DNA of 64,000 nt from Eutreptiella sp. 'Long Island Sound 2002' (taxonomy: Eukaryota; Protista; Euglenida). Both the position numbers and the translations under genes were made by a program. The DNA is taken from assembly GCA_964036045.1 (NCBI GenBank), contig OZ038378.1, positions 120,280,001-120,344,000 on the forward strand, read 5' to 3'. The notes under the pieces were generated by a model. That model saw nothing but the letters and a program-made list of their open reading frames with translations, was not told the DNA's origin and did not search any database. Shown in pieces: positions 23,947-36,459 of the stretch. Every line of letters starts with the position of its first letter. Positions within the stretch are counted from its first letter, which is position 1.

Positions 23947-26900
23947 CTTAGGAGGCCTTAATTGCCCGCCCTGGTGAGCCTCAAGAAGTCGAATTTGTTA
24001 CCCCGAACTTGGGTGTTTTTTTTAGGGTATGAAATGCAGGGGGGGGGGGGGGGGCACTGTTTCAGTTGGTGTTTTAAAAGCCATTTTTTGAACCATACCA
24101 ATCTTTCAATTCTAAATAGTCAATTTCAACCCCCAAATTAGCCAATTTCCAAAAATGAAGCGAAATTGCGCCACTCCTTTGAAATTGGCCGATATCATAC
24201 CCCTTTTTCATGCATTTTTTCTCTCATGAGACGCGAAATTTCGCCACTCTTTCATTTTTTGATGTTTTGATACCCTTATTGTGTATTGGTATATTTGTGT
24301 GCTAATTTGATTTCATTTTTCCCGAAATTTGTGCCTTTGATGAATTTTATGAGCATTCCGACAATCTTGACATGCAGTATGTTCCCTGTTCTGCGGCAAA
24401 TATGTGAGTGTTTGCTTTGAGGTGACCACAGGACATGGATCCAGCACTGCCAAGGGTGGTTGTGGCAAGTCGTGAGTTTCAGAACGTTGATGACCTCATG
24501 ACGGATGTTGCCAATGGGGGCTCTGCAAGGTTATTGGCCGTCTAGGCCCTGGCAATGCGGACAAATCGACGATCACGGAAGGACTTTACACGGTTGCTGT
24601 TTGCCCATGGAATACGGACGAAGCCCCGTTGGTACACTGTTTTCTCAAATCAATTGCTATACTTGTGGCGACTTCTGAGAAAGATGGCAGCCCCTCATGC
24701 ACAGTCCCAGGATGTACCAATGCCTATTTCATTGAGCCGGAGGACCCGCCGATTGTTGGCTCCCACAGGACTTGTGCATGCAGCTATGCCCTCACTTACT
24801 GCCAATGCACGAGAACAAGCAACTTGGCTTTGGCAAAGCATGCAGAACCACCAGATGGCACTCTGGTATGACAATTGGGTGAAAAAGAATTATGGGGTGG
24901 ACCCGCTGCATCTTGACCAATCCATAAATTGCACAGCTATGGCCGTGTTACATTTGCCAGCCCTACCACCATTTCCGGGTCATTTCTCACTACTGGATGC
25001 CGTTCGGACAATTGGGGCACGTGTTGATGCCTTACAACTTCGTCCTGCGGATCTGTTTCGGCGGGTTTATGCTCTTCCCGACATGATTCAGCGTACCTTT
25101 GTCAGAATCCCCCTGGACATTGTGCGGCAGAATGTGCTATCTCTCCGTCGGCAACCAATGATGCTGTTTCAACTATGGTGTGGAACCAAACTGGACCACT
25201 TGAAACTGCTAAATACAATCTAGCATGTGCAACAAGCAACTCGTCATGATTTACCACTCTGTGTGGATATGACGATTCACTATGAGCTCTTGAAATACCT
25301 GTATGGACAGAGTTACACTTCCTGGAACTTCCAGTTGCACTGGTCAAGCCTCCCCCTCATCTACGGGGTTTGGCACCCGTACAAGCATATGATCACCATG
25401 CTTTACTGCAACTTTATGCCCATTATCTGTCTGATTGAGAGAGTACACACCGATTTCAAGAAAGGGGATGCGGTACCAACAAAGGTTAAGCTCCTTCATA
25501 TGGAGAAGACAATACTGGCGCTGTGTCTTAAGTCTGGCACTTTTCTACCAAGAGTTCAGGCCAAACTTGATGCATTTGCCGTTGCGGCGCAGAACGGACC
25601 ATTGAACGACATGCAGTCTAAAAGCAAGGGGCTACTTTTGGGGTCGAAGGTGTTGTTGAAGGAGTATTGCCCTGCTGCATTTAGGATTGGTGTCGTTGTG
25701 AGAGACTGCAATTGGGCTGGCAGCGATCCGGGAAGTGGGAAGAATGCCTTGGCAGTGCTGGAGTCCTGTTTGTTGGTTATGCTTTCTTTGGTGGGGGATC
25801 AATGGGAGAATGTGGAGTACATCAAGACATTGGTTGGTGCTCTGGTCACATGGCAACGTTGGCACTCTCGAACGCCTGGTTGTATTCACAGTGAGGAATA
25901 TGGGGTGGCTATGTTGAGCAAGTTGTGTGCACAGTGCCGGATATGGGCTACCATCACATCCTTGAGTGGCACCTCCGAAATTTTTCGTAACGGACGTTCG
26001 AATCGTCATGAGCCAGCTACAGACTGACCTGGTTGAGGAGGTAGTGAATCAGGTGAGTGTCATAGTGTACAACACTGGCAGCCGCAGTCCGGATTTCACT
26101 ATGATGCAATTAGTGATGACAATTGTCACGTTGACTCCAATTCCAAGGAAGGTACATTTCCCCCTGTGAATTGGTACCCCAAATCAGCCAAATTCGAAAA
26201 ATGAAGCGAAATTTCGCCACTCCCGCCATTTTGCCCAATTTGCACCATCTGTTGAGCTGCCGATGTACGTTACGTTCAGTGAAGGCCCATTACCTAGTAC
26301 CCTGTGTCCTGAGGCTGTTCAATGGGTGCTGCAGGTTCTGAAAGTCCCGATGAATCTTACAAACTGGGTGCTGGTGGGGTCTTCCTCTCCAAATCTGGCT
26401 GTTCAGCTTCACATTCGTCTCAAGTGGGAAATTTCGGTTGTATTTGGTTTCCTCAAAGCTGCGGTTGATGAACTACCTAAAGAAACTATTGAGCTCACAA
26501 CTGGTACTTTAAGAGAGGCTGACTCTTTGGCCCCAATATACTGGGAGTTTGTGTTGCCACAACTGGACAAGGGTGTGCCTGTCGACAGGACGTGAATGGC
26601 TGATGTACCTGATGACCCTGATGAGCAGGACTGCATGGATAGTATGACGCACGTGGATGCCAAGCCCAAGGGAACCCCAAAGCCGAAGGCATCTAAGCCA
26701 AGGCCAAAGAAGGGGGCAGCCAACAATCTCCCCGGTGTCGATGCAGTTGGCAGAGCCGAGCCCCAAGTAACGCCTACAAAAAGGGCTCGATCACCCTCTG
26801 TTGAGGCTCCAGCGGCGCAAGATGATGAGGAGCAGACACAGCAGACACAACATCAGAGTCAGCGATTGGTCACGCCGAACAAAGGCAATACACATCCACT

Positions 26901-27728
26901 GTTTGGGCCGAAAGGACAGTCACCGTCACCAGAGGGATTGGAGAACTTTGCGAATTTGGTGAGTGGTGGGACTGCACCAGCAGCCCAGCCACAGCAGCAA
27001 GCTCAAAAAGGAACACGTTTGGGGAACAAACGACAACGGTGATTTGGTGTTGACTGCTATGATGAGACGATGGTGACTGCAGAAGCACCATCCTCTGAGC
27101 ACTCATGTTGAATTTTAATTTGTTTCCGACTTTATTTGATTTGTTATTCTGACACACCCTTTGTGGGTGTTGGCACACAAAATTGCCTTTTGTAGGCAAC
27201 ATTTGGTAGTTTCTGTGATGCATGTTTGTGTATTGATTGATTATAAAGAGTTTCTTATGGTTCGATTCGTATGTCTGTGATGTTTTGTATCAATCTTCTA
27301 CTGTGGCAAGCAGGCAATGCACTGACAGTATTTCATACCTCAATATACTGTATTTTGCCAAATGTCCGAAATTTCGCGTCTCATTGAGATTTCCTTAAAA
27401 TGGGGGTGTGTTTCACCATACATCAGTGTACTGTTTCACAGGGTGTCATCTGTACACAGCAGAACCCCTTCTGTGGACAATGCAATTTGTCCTTGAATGC
27501 TATTTCTTTGGATTTGAATACCTGTTTTGCATGATTTGCAGTGTCCTCAATTGCACGCAAAATGGTCCAATGGGACGGTATGGGGCATGATTTCAGCAAA
27601 AAACTTCATACGTTGTGCGCTGTGTGCAATTAGGGGGTAGTAATTCACCATTTTTTTTCACCCCATGAATGGCCTTCATTTCGCAGACCCCCCCCCCCCA
27701 CCCCCCCGGCCAATAAAGGCCTCCTAAG
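23947..27728 (+). mobile_element. 3782-bp TIR DNA transposon, Academ/DUF6589-like
   Basis: 22-bp TIRs CTTAGGAGGCCTTAATTGCCCG (23947-23968) and 27707-27728 match at 20/22. 5-bp TSD ATCTG at 23942-23946 and 27729-27733, confirmed by the empty paralogous site at 20281-20285. A 17-bp subterminal inverted motif lies at ~24228 and ~27368. Confidence 0.85.
24330..27042 (+). pseudogene. DDE-type transposase gene with premature stops and probable introns
   Basis: WYDNW...DQSINCTAMAV (24864), LCVDM (25260), YGVWHPYKHM (25362) and SEEYG (~25890). In-frame TAG at 25221-25223. Downstream frames continue to a low-complexity C-terminus. Confidence 0.65.
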
Positions 27729-28099
27729 ATCTGCAGGACCCCAAACAGCGTTATGAACAAGACGGAAACGGTAGAAGACCCAATATCGTTCTAACCAAGA
27801 TGGCGCAGGAAGGCTAGAACGTGGTGTGTACTTTGAGGATTGTAACTTGGACATTTCTATCCGTACTCGGGTGCCCATGGTTTCTTTTTCACAATTTGCA
27901 GCTTTCACCTCAATTTGGGGTTAAATTTTTTTTCGTTCTAGCGGCGTTCTAGCGACTTTCTAGCGAGCGCCGCTAGACCGTCGCTAGACGGTCGCTAAAA
28001 CGGTTCGCTAGAACGTTGCTAAAACGGTATATATAAATGATCCGCCATTGGTCAAAGAGAAGCGGCGCCGGCTACCATGGCCACCCGTGGCCAATCACA

Positions 28100-31000
28100 T
28101 GGTCGCGATGCTCGACCCGACTCACAGAGCGCCTGGTACCCTCCCCCCCCACCCGACCCCATAGGTCACCTGGAAGGTCACTTGGCGGGCCGGCGCCGGG
28201 TCACTTGGTGGTGGGTTAGCCCGATTAGCCCGGTTGGCCCGATTAACCCCCCTGCCCGCCAAGCCTTCTTTCGCGAGTCGCGACGCGCAGGGTACCCCTC
28301 GTGCGTCGTGTGGGGTTGCCGGGGTGCATCCTTGCTCCCCGCACCCCCCTTATGTCCCCTTCCTTCTCACCCCCTGTCACCCCCCTCCTCACCGCCCTTG
28401 TCACCCCCCTTGTTGTCACCTTGGTCCCCCTCGTCATCCCCGTCGTCCCCGTCGTCCCCGTCGTCCCCCTCCTTGATTGCCTCCCGGAGGTGGGCCTCCG
28501 CCTCCTCCGGGTGCGGAAGAGCACCTCCCCCGGCACCCGGAAGGTGCCCCCCTCTTTCTCCCGCTTCCTCTTCTTCCCCTTGTTCCCCTCCCCCCCCCCC
28601 CTCCCCGGTGGACCCCTGCGACACCACCCACCATTCCCCGGGTCCAACTCCTCATCCAAATCCCCCAACACACAATCCCCCCATTGCCCCCCTCCGCCCA
28701 AGGGACATACAGGGTGTCCCCCACACGTGGCACAATCCCATAGGGGTCCCGGCCCCCATTCTCCAAGGGGTTTTCGGGGGGGGCTTGGCCGTGGTCTTTA
28801 CCTCCTGTTGGCCTTTGCCATGGGCTTGCGCCGGGGTGGGTGGGGGGGCATCTACCTCGCTACTCACGAAGTGCCGGGGCTTCTTCGGTTGTTGGGGGCC
28901 TTGGGAGGGCTGTCCTCGCCCCGTTGGTGCTGCTGCTGCTGCTGGTGCTGGTGCTGCTGCTCCACCTCCTCTCCCCTCCCTCCTCCCCCACTCTCACCCA
29001 ACCCCTGGGCTGCGGGTCCATGCCCCCCCCCCCCCCGGCTCCTTCCCGCCTCCCACCTACCCCACCCGTATAGCACCGAGAGGGCCAAATTGGGGTCATT
29101 CCCCAACATCCGCTCCTATTCGGTGACCCCCACGAGGTGCGTCCGCCTCCCCCCCCCCCCCATCGCGCCACCCCACCCGCACCCCGCGGGTGTCGGCTCC
29201 ACAGGACTGCAGGCTCACGACTTGAGAAGAGAAACAAGAGGGAGGTGTGTTCTAGCGGCGATCTAGCGACGGCGGCGTTGGTTTGGGTAGATACACGCTT
29301 GAACGCTTCCCTAGATCAATGCTAGCACGCATGCCTTGCTTGGCGAGGGTCGGGGAGATTGCCCCTAGGGCGTTGGCGAAGGCGTCCTAGGGGTTGGGGG
29401 GATGCGGCTGCGGGGGTCCCCTGGTTGTGGGGTGTGCAGGTATCTTGGGCTTGGACTTGGGGCGGGAGGCGATGCTGTGCACCAATCCGGCATACGCCCC
29501 CCGGTTGGGGGCCGACGGGTCGATGCCGCCAATCCTCATGACCTCCGACCACGTCAGGGACCACTCCCACGTCCTCCCAACACACTCCATCCCCCCAGTC
29601 TCATCGCTTGCCAACACATGGCCATCAACCGCGAATCCCCGCCCCCCCTGCCCTTTTTGATGTCGGGGGTGAAGACGTTGAATGGGGCCACCGCTTGTGG
29701 CTCGACCGCCTTGGCCGATTTCTTGGCGGCGAGGGGGTGAGGGGGTGGCAATGAAGGAGGAGGAAGTTGCGCTTGGGGTTGGGGCTTTGGCTTAGGCTAG
29801 AGTTTGGGCTTGGGCTCGGGCTGGGGTTGGCGGTGGCGCACCAAGTCGGCCATGAACTCGGTGGTCTGGCGTTGATAAGCAAAAAGCTTAGCAACGTTCT
29901 AGCGACGTTCGAGGCAACTGTTCTCGCGGCGTTCTAGCGACGTTCTAGCGACCGACCGTGTTGCCTAGATCAGCATCAGAATGATTGCCTAGATCATTGG
30001 GAGGAACGCACGACAAAGTGCTCTTTCCATGATCTGCTCGATCAATTCCTGCTGTCGATCGGCGGATATGATGCTCATGTTGAAGAGTCTCCCCAATGGA
30101 AGCCTGCATGTGGCCCTGGCCCCTCCTCACCTCCATGGCATCACTGCCCGAGCATGGAATTTGCGACCGGGCCCCCCGTGCACAACCCACGACACGTCCA
30201 AGTTTGCAAACAGCCATGTCATACATTGTGCTTGCACACCAGTCTCCCCGTGGATGGCCTACCATTTACGCCCTGACACCTCATCCACCCCCTCCTCCTG
30301 ACAGCCCCCCCCCCCCCCCGAATTGCCGTGCTCGTTATGACCATGTTTCAGAAAGCGGTTGATGCTTTCTGAAATGTCACCACAGAACATGGCCCACCCA
30401 AATGGCCAAATGTTTCGCAACATGGCATCTACCTCATGCTCTAGGCTCTGTAGATACCATGATGCCGTACCAACAATACCGTGACGGCGGAAATCTTCTG
30501 ACACCGCGGCACACTTCAACGGGTTAGGGCCCTGATACGCACAATAGAGGGCCCGCAACAGGTCCCCGAGGTTCGCGATGGCCTTGTAATGGGCCATCTC
30601 CGGCGTGATGCCAAGTTAACCCTGACCCCAACCTCAAAAAAAATTGGCTGTTCCTTCCCCGTCCGGGGAAGCTGACCCGTAAGCGTTCCAACCTGCACGC
30701 CTCCCCGACAGGAGAATTCGCAAGTTTTGACGGAGCGAAGGGGTGACCCCCCTAGCCTCCCGGTCGACAAACTCCCCCAACAAGCGACCCATGGCCATCC
30801 TCAAGTGCAAAATGCACAAGAAGACCCAAGCACGTGGCAATTGCAAAAATCCGCTGCATACTACAACCATCAAGCTTGTAAAGCAGGCATCCCAAGGATG
30901 AAAGCCGTGCAATGGGCCTCATCAGCCTCCATGGTCCGCGGGATTGCACTACCCTCCCAAGTCCTCGTTTGGGCGTTCGGTATCCCCTCGTTGGGCGCAT

Positions 31001-32130
31001 CTGGACACCCCAATCACCCTCCGTGTCCACGGTGGATCCCCCCCTAGGATCACCTTTGCCTCCTCCTTGGAGATCCCCCATTGGACGAGCCCCGTGTCGA
31101 TGATCTCTTTAATCACCTAAATACTAGACATTGGGGGTGGTTCATTTCGTTCTAGTCTAGTGTGGCCTAACTTTTAGCGACCGGTGTCCAAGTCTAACCA
31201 GAACAAAATTGGAACGAGTGAAAGGCACTAGGTGCGAGGAGTACCTCCCAAATGCTCTTGCACAACGTCCCAAGGGTGTCCATGGCCTTGTCATCGCAAT
31301 TGGCCATGCTCAACACCCAAAGGCCCGCGGCAAAGCGGGCCAAGCGGTCGAAGTTGGCCAAGGAGATGGTGAGTTTGGTTCAATTGCCCCCGGCCACAGG
31401 GTAGGCATCCCGCTGGGCAATGAATGTCAACGGGAAGGAGCGGTTAATTGACGGCACCAAGCCTGGCCGGGAGAGGATGTACTTGACCCATGAGGCGAAG
31501 GGCCATGAGATCTCGGTGGCCTTGGGCAACATCGTGGCAACCGGGGGATCCAATTCCACTGGGGCGACCAACTCCTTCCAGCGGGCTTGGATGTCCCGTC
31601 GCTGCACATTGGACGGGAGTACGGGCCACCGGGAACGGTGCGGTGGTACTCCATTTTACGGAGCGTGTAGAGCTCCTAGAGGGTCCTCCACGAGGCCTAG
31701 GGGGCCCTCATGTTGAGCACAAGTTCACACATGGCAGTTGGGGGGAGTAGGGAGGCGGCGCATGCCTCAACGGCGGCCTTGCATCCCTTACCCGTGGTTT
31801 TGGTGGAAGTGGCGGTGTTCACATGTTCTACGGCGTTGTTGAATTGCCGCCGTGCTAGGGGGAATGATGGCGCCCACGTGGCCAAGTAATGGCCCACCCG
31901 CTCATCCTTGAGGCTAGAAGCCCCACTCAAGTTCCGTAGTGCCTTAGACAAGAGGGAAGTATCCTTCTCGGTTGAGGAGCGAGCAAGGGGGGAAGTGGCG
32001 AGGCATTTCGTTGCAAACAAATGCGAAATATCTAAGCGTGAGAGAAGGGACCATGGCACAATGCACTGTGGGCAATAGCAAGCATGCACGGTGGAAAAAT
32101 GAAGAAAATGGCACTTCTTGGTGGACATTG
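28100..32130 (-). pseudogene. Decayed multi-exon Transib/RAG1-like transposase gene
   Basis: In order on the minus strand: FIAQRDAYP (D, 31407), ILGGDPPWTRRVIG (D, 31036), FLCILHLRMAMG, GSASPDGEGTANFF, WYLQSLEHEV and GDISESINRFLK (E, ~30365). GT-AG introns at ~31236-31114 and ~29326-29218. A Pro-rich/acidic coding tail continues to ~28100. Confidence 0.65.
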
Positions 32131-32204
32131 TATCGTTCTAATATTGATCGAGTCAAGGCTGGATCATCTAGACTACAAGCTCCAGGCTAGAACAAAATTG
32201 GGTC

Positions 32205-32450
32205 TTTTAGCGTGTACCAAAGGATGTAGCATTTGTGCCCACTTGTGGGCGAATTCTGATTTTGTCCCCATGTATTCGGGGATCCCCAAGAATGCTGCGG
32301 TGATGTAGCGTTGCCGCCCTTTTGGGGGCGAATTCTCATTTTGTACCTTTTTTGGGGATCCCCGAGAATGCAGGGGTTATGTAGCATTTGCGCCCACTTG
32401 TGGGTGCCCCAGAGGGCAGGGGTTAAGCAGCCATTTCTGATTTCTTCTTT
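32205..32450. repeat. Short block of the ~100-bp satellite
   Basis: ttatgtagcatttgcgcccacttgtggg and ctgattttgtcccc motifs. Confidence 0.75.
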
Positions 32451-32853
32451 CTTGAACAAGTCATTAATGCATATTGTCCTGCTTACTACTTTGCTCTATA
32501 GCAAGCAATGGCGTATGCATTAAGAAATCGGCCACAATGAGTCCCTTTGGCAAGGATGATACCCTATTGTAATACGCTTGCATGCAAGCCGGAGGTGCAC
32601 TTTTTTGTTAACCTTGATATCTAGTCTTTTGGAGCAATTGGTCTAAATGTTAGCATTGTCGAAAAGGGGCCACACTCCATGGTTGTGTATGCAAGTGGGG
32701 GACCGATGAACCAAGGCTTATTGTCTGAAATCGTCCGCCAATTTTCCTTGGTGGTTGCCATAGAGAAACAGATGACCGGGGACGGGGCGTGGTCCTTGGA
32801 CACCTAGGCACGTCGGCTGAAGCTAGGCCTACTACCACGAGGTAGATGCCGAA

Positions 32854-35800
32854 ATGGAGCTGAGAAAGGCTCGGATACCAATGGTGAGCCTTTCTACCCG
32901 GTTTGTATTGTTGTTGCACGATATGGAACTATCCAACCCATGGCATTTGCCGAAATCTAGACACCATGTTTCCCAAAGAATGGCACACAGAGACACTCTT
33001 AAGCGGTATGAGCGACCATGCAACATGTGTGGAAAGAAAGGGGTGCACAAGAAGTGTGATGCCGGCTTCATCTTCTACCACAACAAATGCGGGCACACGT
33101 GCATTCCGGCTTCCCAACACCCCAATCCAACCCCCATTCCCAACTACAACATTCCGCCTACACTTTTGCTCTTGAAACCTCTTTCGAAGTTGGCAGCCCG
33201 CCAAGGTCTATGTGGGCACCCAACGGCAATCAGTGGGGCGTCTGGCTGTATGCCGAAGCTATGTGGTTGCGGACATCGTTTCAACAATATTGTCGCTGCT
33301 CATGAGCGGCAACAACATTTCCAATTGTTCAAGAAGCATAAGGCTTGGATAGCCCCCATCGCCCCGGTCGAAACGCAGGCCAAGGACGGGCCTATGGATC
33401 AATTCGTCAACATATTCTCCCCACGTCCACCCCCAGCAGACTCCCCCATCCTTTGTCCTCCACCCCCGCCGCGCACATCCATTCCGGGCGATCTCGAGGT
33501 GCCATCAGGGGCTGAACCCTCACGTACGTAAAAACGTAGCGGGACTCTACTTTAGCGTTCACGTGGCTGTCTCATTGCCATTTACCCACACCTCCGTTAC
33601 GTGGAACGACACGTTCACCGTTGGAGGCGTGACATGGAGTGCATAGAGCATGTGGATTGCACAAGCAAGGTGGTCAATGCGACAAGTGCTCGGGCCTTGA
33701 AGATTGGAAGCCATTGTCTTGGATGCTCGAGGTTGTAGGTACACCAAAGCCACGCACCCCCATGCAGTACCGGGGCATGCAAGGCATGTGCAACTCCCTT
33801 GAGCACCAACGTGCTGCCCGGGGGAAGGAAGTCCTATGGGTTCGCAACCTCCAACGTCAAATCGCACCTCTCCGGGAACGAGTCTCCCTTTATGAGCGGT
33901 TGGTCACTGCCGTTGCCTGCCCCGACGTTCAGCGCATTGCAAACCATCATCGCAACAATGCGCCATGGTGGTTTTGGGCTTAAGCATGTGATGGGACTCC
34001 TTGAGGATTCGGCACGGGCAAACCAAACATGGTACACGGAGAACCAATGCGCCATGGGGGTGTTGTTATACCGTGTTGGAGGCCCTAGCGCGGTGCAAAT
34101 TTTGAATGTTGCCAACTTGCTCCCCTCCGTGCGGCACATGCAATGACTTCGGCACGTATTACGCATCGTGTGCCTCAGGAGTTGTGCATCCAAATCGCCG
34201 ACCAAGCTTGGGAGGAATTGGAACGCCCGCCCGTGGCAGTGCACTTTGACGAGATTTCCATTGTGCCGCGACTTGTGCTTGGCCCAAATGACGAAGTTTT
34301 AGGGCTTTGTGAGCATTTCTCACGTGTGTACTCCAAGACCATGTCCAATTTAATTCCCATCATCACCAATGTGCAAAACGAAACCTGGCACGTTGCGAAG
34401 CATGCTCGGGTTGTTGCGGTCTCACGGCACTCCGACCATAACTACGCCGCCGTGCCAATAGCTTGTATCACCTTGTATAACTGCTTTAGCACCCGAAGAA
34501 GCTAGAGCTCAAACGGAGAAGATGTGCAATCTTTGGGATGCCGTGCAGGGTCCTATCATGAGCTACGCAACAGAAGGCGGTGCAAGGCGGCGGAAGGCGA
34601 TGAAACAAATGGTACAAGTTGAAAGCAACATCGCAGGTTGCCCACTCCCACAATATCTCCGTAGAAAAGAGGGGGCCACCATCTCTAAAGACCAGCGCCA
34701 CATCACCAAGTGGTGCACGCGCAAGATGTGTTGCCGTCCCGCTTTGCAGGTTGCGGGTGTAGCCATCTCGACGACCCTCCTAATTGGTCTTGCGGCCAGG
34801 CTGCGAACCACCAAGGAGATCGGTGCGGCTGCCAAGGAAACAAATTTCATGTCGGTCCCCAATGCATTCGGCATCACTCGTGCGCTGTCGGACATTGCGG
34901 AAGTGGATCATGGTGGGCTGGATCCTTACCGGTTCGGGCAAGCATCCGTGGTCAAGGAGCTGTAGTGGTTCTTGAAGCACACCGACAACTGCTACCATGC
35001 GAACTCCGGTAGTCTTGAAGACCGCTTAACCTCCGCCGCAGCCGCCGACATCCACTTGTACAAGCTCCAACAAAAGTATAAGCTTTTCTCCAAGGCCTTG
35101 TACATGGACATGCAGTGCGAGGTCTCTGGTGTTTTTGCGGATCTGGAGTTCATGCACAAACACTTTCCTGGCCGCCAATACTTCATATGCTTGCAAGGGG
35201 GCCCACTTGATCGAGACGCTTTTCAGCATTGTGCGCACGGCACGTGGGACGGGAGGTGTATTGGACATCCTTCAATTGCGCCACCGTTTGGACGTTGTTG
35301 CCCAACTTGACGAGTTGTTTGCCCTTTAGCCGAAGTGGCGTCATCGTCGAAAGCGCGCAAAGTATGGTGATAACATGAACCCGGCCACGGCCGGCCCTTG
35401 TTATGTCGCGGATGTTTGCCTTAGCAAGGCGTGGGTTGATGGCATTGCCATTGCCGAGGAAGAACTTGGCGTAGCTGTTGAATGCAAAGAGGGTTTCGGG
35501 CTGTTTGCTACTCACGGGACGGTGCTTAAGGTGGAGAACAAGGATCTGGAAGAGGACGGCTACATCTATTCTGATGTGCAAAACGGGGATTCTCACGATT
35601 GGTTTGTAGAAGGAGCCGACGAGGCGGATCAAGCTTTGCAGCCATCCTCCGCTATCTCTTACAACGGCGCTACAACGGCGCACTTATCCGACACGCCCAT
35701 TGAAGTGCACCGGGATGCGGGCCAAAGATCGCAAGTGGCGGGACGCCTTGCTTGAGGCCACACAAAAAAGAGCCCGCCGGACAAGGGATGTGTCCAGCGG

Positions 35801-35950
35801 AGAGGAGGACAACTTTGATCGTCCCCCGGACTAGCACTATTAGGCATTCCTCCTTTACCTGCTCCAACTCTACCACTTCCATCACCCATCTTTCGGGGCC
35901 CCAAGCAGGAGCACCCCACGAAGGGCACGCGACGTGCTCCTGTACACGAT
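32854..35950 (+). pseudogene. Decayed P-element/THAP9-like transposase gene
   Basis: Cys-rich N-terminus, LLYRVGGPSAV..LPSV, VHFDEISI (34248), GLCEH, ATEGGARRRKA, KDQRHITK (D-x2-H), IETLFSIVR...LDILQL and NMNPA. Multiple frameshifts and stops. Confidence 0.75.
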
Positions 35951-36459
35951 GCACCATTGTTGTTCGTGCGCACGTTGTGGGCACATAGTGTGCGGAGAGA
36001 AAATTTTTTTGGCAAAAGACGTCGTGCACGTGGTGCGGACCCCTCCCCTCTCCGTGTTCCTCCAAATCGTTTCAAAACGTACACCAAATCTGCCTTGAAA
36101 ATAGCATGGTTCGGCCTAGGTGGGGTGCCACTAGCAATAGTGGCCGGGAAATGACTCAGAGGTGCTATGCCCTTAAACAAAAGTACCACGTACCATGCCC
36201 CCCCCCCTATTGCAATTTTTTTTTGCTCCTACATTGGTACCACAAAGTGATGATGACAATGATGATGATGATGATGACGATGATAAGCGCGATGAGGCGG
36301 CCATTTCACACCATATATGTAGGGGTCTAGAGCCCCCCCGCCCCCTATAGCCCCCCCCCCCCCCCCAGACCCAGCTCCCCCCCCCCCCGCGCCGTGAAAC
36401 TGGCACCGAAGCGGTAAGGAGTCGGCGTATGGCGCATTGTCCCGACCCCCCCGGGCCGT

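Noticed and set aside
28077-29266. 349-aa and 321-aa plus-strand ORFs
   Set aside because: They are Pro/Ser-rich antisense shadows of the GC-rich minus-strand relic.
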